DNA of 64,000 nt from Pseudomonadota bacterium (GTDB lineage: Bacteria; Myxococcota; JACRCW01; JAFGSX01). Positions 9,407 to 18,028 of this stretch are shown piece after piece (position 1 is the first letter of the stretch; every line of letters begins with the position of its first letter). The stretch is taken from contig JBDRCO010000113.1 of assembly GCA_043821645.1 (NCBI GenBank), positions 1-64,000 on the forward strand. Direction: 5' to 3'. The translations under genes and the position numbers were made by a program. Under the pieces are notes generated by a model, which was not told the DNA's origin, did not search any database, and worked only from the letters and a program-made list of their open reading frames with translations.

Positions 9407-11971
9407 ATGGATGGACCAGGTATCCCACCCCCGCCGGCCCAAAAGTTTCCAATCCCCGTTTCTCAAGCAATAATAATGGGACAGGGAGACCAGCAACACG
9501 TGGTTCGCGAACCAAACAAGCCCGTCGACGAAGACGATGAGTTCGGGGAGGAGGATGCGCCGACCATTCGTGTCGACGCCCTGGACCCCGCTGAACTCTC
9601 TGTCCTGCTGTCCGGGGATGTTCAGCTCATCGAAGTCGAAGAGGATGCCGACGCCACCAGGGTAGCTCCAACCGTCTTTCCGGAGCCACCGCCCGCCGAT
9701 CCAGAGCCGCCGTCCCGAGGACCACGTCTCGGCCGCTACTCGCTGCGCAAGAGACTCGGCGTTGGGGGCATGGCCGAGGTGTTTCTGGCAGAGCAAGATG
9801 GGCCGGCCGGTTTCCGGAAGCAGGTTGTGGTCAAGCGCATCCTGCCGCAGCTCACGGCTTCACCCAAATTCGTCGAGCTGTTCCTGCGCGAGGCACGGCT
9901 GGCCGCCACGCTCAATCACAGCAACATCGTCCAGATCTACGAACTCGGCGAGGATGAGGGTCAGTACTTCATTGCCATGGAGTACGTCGACGGTGCCACG
10001 CTGCACCAGCTGGCCAAGATCTGCTGGCATTTTCACAGGCCGCTCCCTTTCGAGCTGGTGATAGGTCCCGCCGCCGATGCAGCGCTGGGACTGCACTACG
10101 CACACCACCTGCTCGACGAGGCAGGCGAGCCAGCGGGCCTGGTACACCGTGACATCAGCCCCGACAACTTGATGCTCAACCGCGAGGGCATCACCAAGAT
10201 CCTGGACTTCGGGGTGGCCAAGGGTCTCGCCGCTGCCGCCGGTAGCAACACCCGCGTGGGCGAACTCAAGGGCAAGATCCCCTTCATGGCGCCCGAGGTC
10301 ATCCGCGGAGCCCAGATCGACGGCCGCGTGGACCTGTACGCGCTGGGCGTCTGCATGTACTGGCTACTGACCGGGCACCGGCCACACATCGGTGACAACG
10401 ATGCTGATCTGCTGGATTCGGTGCTCAAGAAAGAACCTGCATCACCGCGATCGCTCAATCCCACGGTGCCGATCGAGCTGGACGCGCTGGTGATGTGCTT
10501 GCTGCAAAAAGACCGCGACAAACGCCCCCCCAACGGCGAAGTCCTGCACGATTTGCTGGTCCAGATCCTGCCGGTACAACACCGGCTGACCGCGCCCTTC
10601 GTGCGTCAGATCCTTGGCTGGGGCTCGGAGATCGCAGCCGGCATACCCCCTGGCGAGCGGCCGCGCACCTTCATCCCGGCGGGTCCCGCCTCCCTGTATC
10701 AAAACGGGGCACCGGGAATCCCTGGTGTCGGTGCCCTCATGGGACCGGTGCCGACACCGAGCTCTCTGTCGGTGAGCCCGACCTCGGACCTGCAACGGCT
10801 TTTGGAAACCGCGGAGATGATGGCGGCCAAGCCTGACCCCGAGGTCACCCGCCCCGCACAGCCGAGGGTCGACATCGATTCCGAGCTCAATTCGCAAGTC
10901 CTGGCCGAAGCGGGGATTTCTCTGGATGAACTGGCATCGGATGCAGCGGCCGGCGCCTCCGCGAGTCAAGAACCGTCGCAGGACATCGGGGCGCTGCTGG
11001 CGGATACCCTGGACGAACTCGGCGGGCCCACCCGTACGGGCATGCAGATCAATCCTGTGAGCTTCGAAGAGGCAGCCCCGGCGCCCCCGCCCGTGATCGA
11101 TTCCGCCGATTCCACCGTCGCCTGGAGCATGTCTGAAGAGATACGGCGACCCCGGGCCTGGTTTGCACTCGGGACCTTCCTGGGCTTGCTGGTCGTGCTG
11201 GGCGCCTGGCTGATCAGGGAATGGGACAGGCCGCCCGAGACCCCATCCACTGTCGACGAAAGACCCGGGAACACGGTCCCGGTGGCTGGAGCGACCGAGG
11301 ACAGCGGGACCCTGCTGGTGCAGACCCCGCAGGGAGTCATCGAATTCGATCCGGACCAGCTTGGCGCTGGTGGCGACGACAACACAGGCGCCGGTGTGGA
11401 TGGAGGCTCGCCAGCTCGTGGGGACAGCGGGTCCGCGACAAGCGTGGCGTCCGCGCACACACAGGACGCCGCAGCGGAGCCCACGGCCGACAACCCGCCG
11501 GGACAGGACGACGCCCGGGCTGACCGGCACCTGCAACCCGAGCCCCGAGAACCTCGCTCGCCGCGACCGAGCCAGCGCATCCAGCAGGTTCGTGCTCCCA
11601 GGCACGTGCAGTGGCTCAGCGACAAGCAGCGAGGGCTTGGTCGGGGCACGGACAGGCTGTCCCTGTCCAAGAATGCCCGCCATGTCTATGCCTACGATAC
11701 CCGGCGCCAGGTCATGACCCGCGTGTCTGTCGAGGACGGCGTGATCGACTACGGCAAGCTGCCCCGAGGATCCCTGGCCGTGCGGGCCTTCCCCTTCGCG
11801 GTGGTTTCGCTGGGCAAGGACAAGATCGGGACCACACCCTTCGCGCCGCTCGACGTCGTGGTCGGCACCTACAAGGTGACGCTGCAGCACGAGCAGACGA
11901 CCAAGGTGATCACGGTTGAGGTGCGCTCGGGCCAGACCGCGCTTGTCAAGGCCAACATGACGGAACCCTGA
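9407..11971 (+). CDS. Eukaryote-like Ser/Thr protein kinase (Pkn type) with TM segment and C-terminal PEGA-like region
   Basis: GVGGMAEV, VVVKRIL, HRDISPDN, DFG, APE. Start uncertain (9407 or 9476). Confidence 0.92.
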   Translation: MDGPGIPPPPAQKFPIPVSQAIIMGQGDQQHVVREPNKPVDEDDEFGEEDAPTIRVDALDPAELSVLLSGDVQLIEVEEDADATRVAPTVFPEPPPADPEPPSRGPRLGRYSLRKRLGVGGMAEVFLAEQDGPAGFRKQVVVKRILPQLTASPKFVELFLREARLAATLNHSNIVQIYELGEDEGQYFIAMEYVDGATLHQLAKICWHFHRPLPFELVIGPAADAALGLHYAHHLLDEAGEPAGLVHRDISPDNLMLNREGITKILDFGVAKGLAAAAGSNTRVGELKGKIPFMAPEVIRGAQIDGRVDLYALGVCMYWLLTGHRPHIGDNDADLLDSVLKKEPASPRSLNPTVPIELDALVMCLLQKDRDKRPPNGEVLHDLLVQILPVQHRLTAPFVRQILGWGSEIAAGIPPGERPRTFIPAGPASLYQNGAPGIPGVGALMGPVPTPSSLSVSPTSDLQRLLETAEMMAAKPDPEVTRPAQPRVDIDSELNSQVLAEAGISLDELASDAAAGASASQEPSQDIGALLADTLDELGGPTRTGMQINPVSFEEAAPAPPPVIDSADSTVAWSMSEEIRRPRAWFALGTFLGLLVVLGAWLIREWDRPPETPSTVDERPGNTVPVAGATEDSGTLLVQTPQGVIEFDPDQLGAGGDDNTGAGVDGGSPARGDSGSATSVASAHTQDAAAEPTADNPPGQDDARADRHLQPEPREPRSPRPSQRIQQVRAPRHVQWLSDKQRGLGRGTDRLSLSKNARHVYAYDTRRQVMTRVSVEDGVIDYGKLPRGSLAVRAFPFAVVSLGKDKIGTTPFAPLDVVVGTYKVTLQHEQTTKVITVEVRSGQTALVKANMTEP

Positions 11972-11985
11972 GCCCGGCCAGGCGA

Positions 11986-12687
11986 TCAGTCCGTCGTCAC
12001 CACGTCCACAGTAGCCAGGACAGTGCCGACACCGAACAGCACTGCGCCGATGCCGTAGCAGATCGAGGCTCCGGTCATCCAGGTGTTGGCGCTGTCGAGG
12101 GAGGCTTGTGCCTCGTCCTGGAACCGACCCTGATCCACGGCCGCGGTGAGGTTCGTGAAAGCGAGACCGCTGAGGACGGCCCCCCCAAGGACAGAGGCAG
12201 CTCCCAGCGCTGCCGCGCCAGCCCCGCCGATGAACAGGGCGGACAGTCCGGGGCTCTTCTGAGACTCGCCAGCCACGGAGGCCGTCGAGCTATCTGACCC
12301 GCCTGTCGCATCGCCGGTGTCTGTGGTTGAGCTGCTCTCTTTCGCGACGGCGCTTGTCTCCCTGGCCTTGGCCTGCAGCTTCGCGAACAACCCGTTGATC
12401 TTGGGAGAGGCCTGTACCGGAAGCTTGAGGTCCGGATCAAGCTCCAGACCCCGCACAAAGCTTTGCTCGGCCTTGGACATGTCACCGATGCCGGCGTGAC
12501 ACATTCCAACCCAGGCGTGAAGAAGACTCTGCTCCGATGACGGTCTGTTCTCGGCCACCAGCGCCACAAATTGCTCGAGCGCCGCCTCGTACTCGAGCTC
12601 CGTGTAGAGCTTCTGAGCTTGCTGAAAGCGCGGTTCGTCCGCCACGGAGGCGAGCAAAAAAGTCCCAAGCAGAGCAGTGGTCAGCAT
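11986..12687 (-). CDS. Secreted or membrane TPR protein
   Basis: Signal peptide, TPR-like helices (AEQSFVRGLELDP), C-terminal hydrophobic segments. Confidence 0.7.
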   Translation of the reverse strand: MLTTALLGTFLLASVADEPRFQQAQKLYTELEYEAALEQFVALVAENRPSSEQSLLHAWVGMCHAGIGDMSKAEQSFVRGLELDPDLKLPVQASPKINGLFAKLQAKARETSAVAKESSSTTDTGDATGGSDSSTASVAGESQKSPGLSALFIGGAGAAALGAASVLGGAVLSGLAFTNLTAAVDQGRFQDEAQASLDSANTWMTGASICYGIGAVLFGVGTVLATVDVVTTD

Positions 12688-12765
12688 GATTCACCTCGCG
12701 CTGCAGCCACTATACCCCCCAGCTCCCTTGCGTCCCAGGGTGCAGGTTGTCGGTCCTCGCCAGAC

Positions 12766-13344
12766 TCAGCTCTCGTGCTCGATCTTGTCGCGGATGTCCT
12801 CGGCGCAGCTCGGGCAATAGGCGGAGGTCACCTCGCAGCCAGAGCGCTGTTCGATGAACTTCTCGAGCGGCATCCAGGGCCCGCTGCCCGGAGCGTGCCC
12901 GCCGTCGTCGCGAATGGCCCCGCACACGCAACAGACCGGCAGCAGATCCTCGTACACACGAAGGCGACGTCTCTGCTGGGCCTTCTCGAGGGTCCGGGTG
13001 ACGCGGAACTGCAGCTCATCGGGTTCGCAGGGCTTCAGGATGTAGTCATCGGCATGCAGGCGTAACGCATCGATGGCGGACTCGAGATCCGCATGTCCGG
13101 TCACGATGATCACGGTTGCGTCGGCGCTGCGTTCCTTGGCCTTGCGCAGCACCGCCAGGCCATCGATGGGATCCATGATGAGGTCCGTGACGACGAGATC
13201 GTAGGACTTCCGGTCCAGGGCTAAAAAGGCCTCGGCGCCACCGTTGACCAGGGTGGTCTGGTATCCTGCCTCACCGAGGGTGCGGCCGAACAGACGCAGT
13301 ACGAGCGGATCATCGTCCACGAGCAGGATGGACTGCGTCGCCAT
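12766..13344 (-). CDS. Response regulator (receiver domain plus Cys-rich C-terminal domain)
   Basis: LLVDDD, VVTDLIM, IVTG, YILKP; tail LPVCCVC..IRDD...YCPSC. Confidence 0.88.
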   Translation of the reverse strand: MATQSILLVDDDPLVLRLFGRTLGEAGYQTTLVNGGAEAFLALDRKSYDLVVTDLIMDPIDGLAVLRKAKERSADATVIIVTGHADLESAIDALRLHADDYILKPCEPDELQFRVTRTLEKAQQRRRLRVYEDLLPVCCVCGAIRDDGGHAPGSGPWMPLEKFIEQRSGCEVTSAYCPSCAEDIRDKIEHES

Positions 13345-13460
13345 GACCCCTCGCACCGCCCCAGCGAACGAACAAGCGAGATGTCACCGCAGTACCCCGA
13401 CCCCGGCGCTGACATCCCTTACATGAGATAGGCACAGTGTACCCTGCAGCAGGGGGATCT

Positions 13461-14498
13461 TCACCACCAGATCCGGAATGCCAGGGACAGCTGAGGTCCC
13501 TCGGCGCCCCAGCCCATCCCGAGGGGCCAGGAGAGGTCTGCCAGCACCTGGAACGCGTCGTCCAGGTAGGTGGTGATGCTGCCCACGGTCATGCGGTGTC
13601 GCAGCGGTCCGGCGTCGAGCGCCCAGGATTCGTGGCGGAGCGCCAGGGTCCAGAAGTCGGGTAGCACCTCCACGCCGATTTCGGCGCGAAGGGCACCGCG
13701 CTCGAACAGTTCGGCCCCGGGCGCATCCGCGACCACGACCTGCGCCTCGACCGAGAACCGGTGTGCGCGAGCGCTGGCATCCGCAAGCACGAGAAGTGGC
13801 AGATCGGGGTCACTCGCCTGGCTCACCACGCCAAGCCCCGTCCTCAGGTCCAGCCATCCGGACACCGCGGGGTGGACGGGGTTCAGCTCGACCCGCATGG
13901 CGACCAGCGGCGCTGCAGAGGGATCGATGCGATTGGGCCCGGCGCCTGCGAAACTGCTGACCCAGGCGGCCAGCGGCCATCCATGGACGGCGTAGTTGAC
14001 GTGGTAGACGAAGCCCAGGTCGCGTCCAGGGAGAGCCCTCTCCTCGACCAGTGGACGGCGCGTGAAGCGCCAGTGCTCGGGCGGGCGCAGGCTCTCGATG
14101 CTGCTCGGCACGCGCTGCTGACCGAGCGACACCTCACCGAGGTCGAGCACCTTGCGATTGCCCACGCCGAGGCGCAGGAAGGCATCACGAAGCATTCCGG
14201 GGCCATTGAGATTGTCGCCAGCATCGGCAAGGGGCGAGGCCTCGAGTTCGAGCCGCATGCCGACAGGTACCATCGTGTCGACCAGAGCCTCGACGCGCAG
14301 GCGCGCATGCGGCAGAGCGAGACCGGCACCCTGGCCAGCCCTGATCTCGACACCGAGCAGGGCACCCAGATCCACCTCCACCCTGTCGTCGGCGACGTGA
14401 ATCTGACCGCGCTCGACAGGCACCGGTCCGTCGCGAACGACTTCGACTCCAGCACCGGCAAGAGCCGGGCACAGCAGGACCAGCAGTGCGGGTGTCAC
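13461..14498 (-). CDS. Putative outer-membrane porin (OprO/OprP-like)
   Basis: Signal peptide, LRDAFL, GQQRVP.S.E, GRDLG motifs, aromatic C-terminus. Confidence 0.55.
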   Translation of the reverse strand: MTPALLVLLCPALAGAGVEVVRDGPVPVERGQIHVADDRVEVDLGALLGVEIRAGQGAGLALPHARLRVEALVDTMVPVGMRLELEASPLADAGDNLNGPGMLRDAFLRLGVGNRKVLDLGEVSLGQQRVPSSIESLRPPEHWRFTRRPLVEERALPGRDLGFVYHVNYAVHGWPLAAWVSSFAGAGPNRIDPSAAPLVAMRVELNPVHPAVSGWLDLRTGLGVVSQASDPDLPLLVLADASARAHRFSVEAQVVVADAPGAELFERGALRAEIGVEVLPDFWTLALRHESWALDAGPLRHRMTVGSITTYLDDAFQVLADLSWPLGMGWGAEGPQLSLAFRIWW

Positions 14499-15817
14499 GG
14501 CATCTCCCTGCGTCGAGCTCTTAGGTTGGCCAGGACCTCGTCGGTGTCTGGCCCGAGGGTCTCGACGATGTCCACCGCTGCACCCTCACACTCCAGTGCT
14601 GCGACCACCTCGCCCTGGACCAGCAAGCGCGTGGTGGGCGGAGCCGACAGCACCTCGGTCGGTCTATAGCTCCGCTGCAGCAACCGGCGATACGCGGTGC
14701 AGAAGACCTGCGCATCCTCGTCGCTGTCCCAGCGCGTCGCCCACAGGAGACCGAGGACGCCGTCGGCAGCCTGAACCACGCGATAGCGATCCCCCCCCCA
14801 GCCCTCGGTGGCGACCCGAGCCGTGCCCGCGTCGAGCTCGCGGGTCAGCACGACGCGCAGTCCGAACTCACCCAGGCTGTCCTCGGCGAGCACGCGCACA
14901 TCGTTGCCATGCACCGCGTCCGCAGCAGGAAGAACCACGATCTGCGGCTCCGACTGTGGCAGCCCGCGAAGCTCCGGGTGCAGGATCTGCTCGGTCGACG
15001 CCGGAAGATCCTGGTAGGCGGCATCGATGCGAGAGAAGCCGCCCTCGGCGTAGAGTTCTGCCACGTACAGCCCTCCCGCCAGATACGGAAACAGCGAACG
15101 CTGGCTCAGGTAGTCGGGCACGCCCTCAATGCGGAATGCGCGCGCACCCCTTCGTTGAAGGAAGTGCACCCAGTCGGAAAACGACTGGAAGAAAGTGGCC
15201 GAGTACAGGAACCCAACCAGGCTGGCGTCACCTTCCACCAGAGCCCGCCGGGCGAGGCGCGCGTCGTCGCTGGGCGCCTCGCGATCGAGCCTGTCCAGAT
15301 CGAAGTGCATGTCCTGCAGGGCATGGCAGACTTCGTGGGCCAGCACCTCGCCGGCCACCACATCGCGGTTGCGCAGCGCGGACACGACTTCCATGATCTC
15401 GGAACGCATGACGGGACGCGCCACCAGGCGCAGGACCTCGTCGCTGCTGTCGTAGTATCCATAAGGAGCCTCGGCGGTCAGGCGGCGGTAGCTCTCGACG
15501 AGATCGACATCCGGGGGCAACACACCGAGCTTGGCCCACACCTTCTGACGGCGGTCGAGGTCCGCGGCACGCGCGGGGTCCCGCGCTTCCTTCTCGGCAC
15601 GCGCGCGCAATACAGCCGGTCCCTCGAGCGCGACGCGCAGTGTGCGCGACGGTGACAAGCCGCGCAGTTCCCCCACGGTGGAGACCAGCTCTTGCACGGC
15701 GGGGCGGCGGACATGCCCATCCTCGACCACCTTGACTGCACAGGCCTGCAGGACCGGCCCCAGAACCAGCAAGACAGTACCGCTGCCTCTCCATCGCGAC
15801 GACACCCTGGCCTCCAT
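14495..15817 (-). CDS. Lipoprotein, putative zinc metallopeptidase
   Basis: Lipobox LQAC; HEVCH (HExxH) plus EGDA; PASTEQILHP; GWGGD. Confidence 0.7.
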   Translation of the reverse strand: MEARVSSRWRGSGTVLLVLGPVLQACAVKVVEDGHVRRPAVQELVSTVGELRGLSPSRTLRVALEGPAVLRARAEKEARDPARAADLDRRQKVWAKLGVLPPDVDLVESYRRLTAEAPYGYYDSSDEVLRLVARPVMRSEIMEVVSALRNRDVVAGEVLAHEVCHALQDMHFDLDRLDREAPSDDARLARRALVEGDASLVGFLYSATFFQSFSDWVHFLQRRGARAFRIEGVPDYLSQRSLFPYLAGGLYVAELYAEGGFSRIDAAYQDLPASTEQILHPELRGLPQSEPQIVVLPAADAVHGNDVRVLAEDSLGEFGLRVVLTRELDAGTARVATEGWGGDRYRVVQAADGVLGLLWATRWDSDEDAQVFCTAYRRLLQRSYRPTEVLSAPPTTRLLVQGEVVAALECEGAAVDIVETLGPDTDEVLANLRARRREMP

Positions 15818-15903
15818 TCCATGACACTCTCCAGCTCAGACTACGACGCCGCGGGGTGAGCGCCAATCGCGCGAGAACATGGCGGTCCGGTCCCCGCCTG
15901 CGC

Positions 15904-15909
15904 TAGACT
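15904..15909 (+). promoter_or_regulatory. Putative -10 element (TAGACT) 8 nt before the kinase ATG
   Basis: TAnnnT hexamer; no Shine-Dalgarno before the ATG at 15918. Confidence 0.35.
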
Positions 15910-15917
15910 GCCGCGCC

Positions 15918-17259
15918 ATGGCCCAGAACGAGACCTCCATGCGCCGCATCATCGACCTCGTCGAGGTCACGGCCCGGGGCTTGGCCACCCAGCTCGATCC
16001 CCCCCCCCCGCCCGCCACGGCGCGACCCCCGCGAGGCCGTGCGACGCAAGCAGCGCTTCTCGACGCGCGCGCGGGCCCTGGCCATCACGCGCTTCGTGTT
16101 CCTCATCGTCGGCGCAGCGGTCCTCGCTGTACCCGCGTGGAGCCGCGCCCTGGGACTTTCGGGCTGGTTCCCGGCAGCGTGGTTGCTGGTCATGATCGTG
16201 TACACCGCGCTCGACTTCTGGCAGCTGCGGCGACTTCGGCTGGGGCAGTCCTTTACCATGGTGACCCTGTCGCTCGATCTGGTCACCGTCGTACTCCTGG
16301 TCGTGTCGTCGGGTGGGCTGCACAGTCCAGCCATGGGGGCCCAGCAGCTTCTCACGCTGTTCTTCGCCCTGCTCTTCCCCCGGCCGCTGGCGGTCTTGCC
16401 TCCCCTGCTGTCCCTGCCTGCAGCCGCTGTTCTCGGCGGCAGCTTCAACGGGCAGACACCGCTGACGACGGAGATCCTCGCTCTGGTCTGGTACACCGCG
16501 CTGACCATGATCGCGTTCTATGTGATCATCTATCTCACGCGCAGCCAGGAAGGACAGGAGAAGGAGATCGTCCAGCTCGAACAGGAACTCAAGACCATCG
16601 CCCTGCTGGACGAGCGCGCCCGACTCAGCCGCGAGATCCACGACGGCCTGGGCGCGGCGCTGTCTGGTCTGATCATCCAGGCCGAGTACCTGATCACCCT
16701 GGCCAAAGATCGGGCGATGAAGGATGAACTCGCCGAACTCAAGCAGGCCGCCGAGGAGGCCATTGACGAGCTCCGGCGCTCGCTGTCGATGATGCGCGAC
16801 GATTTCGAGCTGGTTCCAAGCCTGCGCAACACCTGCGAGACCTTCCGCAACCGCCACCGCTTGCCGTGCCAGATCGAGATCATGGGTCCGCCTCCGCGGC
16901 TCAGTTCGGAGCAGCAGCTGACCATCTTCCGGATCCTGCAGGAGTGTCTGAACAACGCGGCCAAGCACGCCCGCGCCAAGCGGGTGACCGTTCGCGTGCG
17001 CTTCTTCGTCGACGGGTTGACCTTGCAGGTCATAGACGACGGCAAGGGCTTCGATCCTCGCAAGGTGCCCTCGCATCACTACGGCCTGATCAACATGCGC
17101 GATCGGGCGCGCAAGGTGGGGGGTGATGTGGTGGTCGAGACAGAGGCTGGCCGTGGCACTGGCGTGACCTTTTCCCTGCGTGGCATCGGCATGGAAGCCA
17201 CCCGGGAGGCGGCGATCCCGGTGCGCTACACCGCCAAGAAGAAGGAGGCTCGCCGCTGA
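15918..17259 (+). CDS. HisKA_3 (NarX/DegS-type) membrane sensor histidine kinase, frameshifted at a poly-C tract
   Basis: ERARLSREIHD H-box, QECLNNAAKHA, DDGKGF, GLINMRDR. The N-terminal frame starting at 15918 joins the kinase frame if one C is removed from C11. Confidence 0.88.
15999..16009 (+). repeat. C11 homopolymer at the frameshift point
   Basis: gat-CCCCCCCCCCC-g read directly. Confidence 0.9.
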
Positions 17260-17284
17260 GCTGTCGGTGACCTGGCTTCGGCGC

Positions 17285-17290
17285 TATACT
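17285..17290 (+). promoter_or_regulatory. Putative -10 element (TATACT) for the response regulator
   Basis: Near-consensus hexamer in the gap between kinase and regulator, upstream of a GAGG RBS. Confidence 0.4.
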
Positions 17291-17313
17291 GGCTTGAGCA
17301 CAACGAGGTCGAC

Positions 17314-18021
17314 ATGGAACGCATCAGGGTCCTGGTGGTCGAGGATCAGCCGAAAATCCTAAAGAACCAGATCAAGCTCCTCGAGACCTTCGAGGATCTG
17401 GAGATCGTCGGCTCGGCCCTGTCCGGCGAAGCCGCGCTGACGGAGGTCGAGGACAAGAAGCCCGATGTCATCCTGTGCGACCTCGGTCTCCCGCAGATGA
17501 GCGGCATCGATGTCACGCGAGAGGTCAAGCGCACGCATCCAGCGATCGAGATCCTGATCTTCACCATCTTCGACGAGGAGGAGAAGGTCCTCGAAGCCAT
17601 CAAGGCCGGTGCCTCCGGCTACCTGCTCAAGGGCGCCGAGGCCGACAAGGTGGTGGATGCCATCAAGGAGGTGCACAGCGGCGGAAGCGTGATCCAGCCC
17701 AACCTGGCGCGCTCGCTGCTCCGGCACTTTCGCATGCCCGAGGAGGGACCAGCACCGGCGGAACCGGTCGCGACGGAACCCGAGCCTGCGGACCAGCCCT
17801 CGGGTCTCCAGGTCGAGGTGCACCGACCTCTCACCGCGCGCGAACTCGAGGTCTTGCAGATCATCGCCAAGGGGCTTTCGAACAACGAGACGGCCAAGGT
17901 CCTGGGACTTTCCAAGGCGACCATCCGCACCCACCTGGAGCATATCTATCAGAAGCTCGACGTCACCAACCGCGTCGAGGCCGTGACCGAGGGTGTGCGC
18001 CAGGGCATCATCGAGGTCTGA
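17314..18021 (+). CDS. NarL/LuxR-family response regulator
   Basis: Receiver domain (VVED, LCDLGLP, GYLLK) plus LTARELEVL...TIRTHLEHIYQKL HTH. Confidence 0.95.
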   Translation: MERIRVLVVEDQPKILKNQIKLLETFEDLEIVGSALSGEAALTEVEDKKPDVILCDLGLPQMSGIDVTREVKRTHPAIEILIFTIFDEEEKVLEAIKAGASGYLLKGAEADKVVDAIKEVHSGGSVIQPNLARSLLRHFRMPEEGPAPAEPVATEPEPADQPSGLQVEVHRPLTARELEVLQIIAKGLSNNETAKVLGLSKATIRTHLEHIYQKLDVTNRVEAVTEGVRQGIIEV

Positions 18022-18028
18022 GGGACCC

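Noticed and set aside
14791-14799. Other C-runs (here, about 2029-2036 and about 12180-12186) as phase-variation sites
   Set aside because: Shorter and in frame within intact ORFs (Gly codons)
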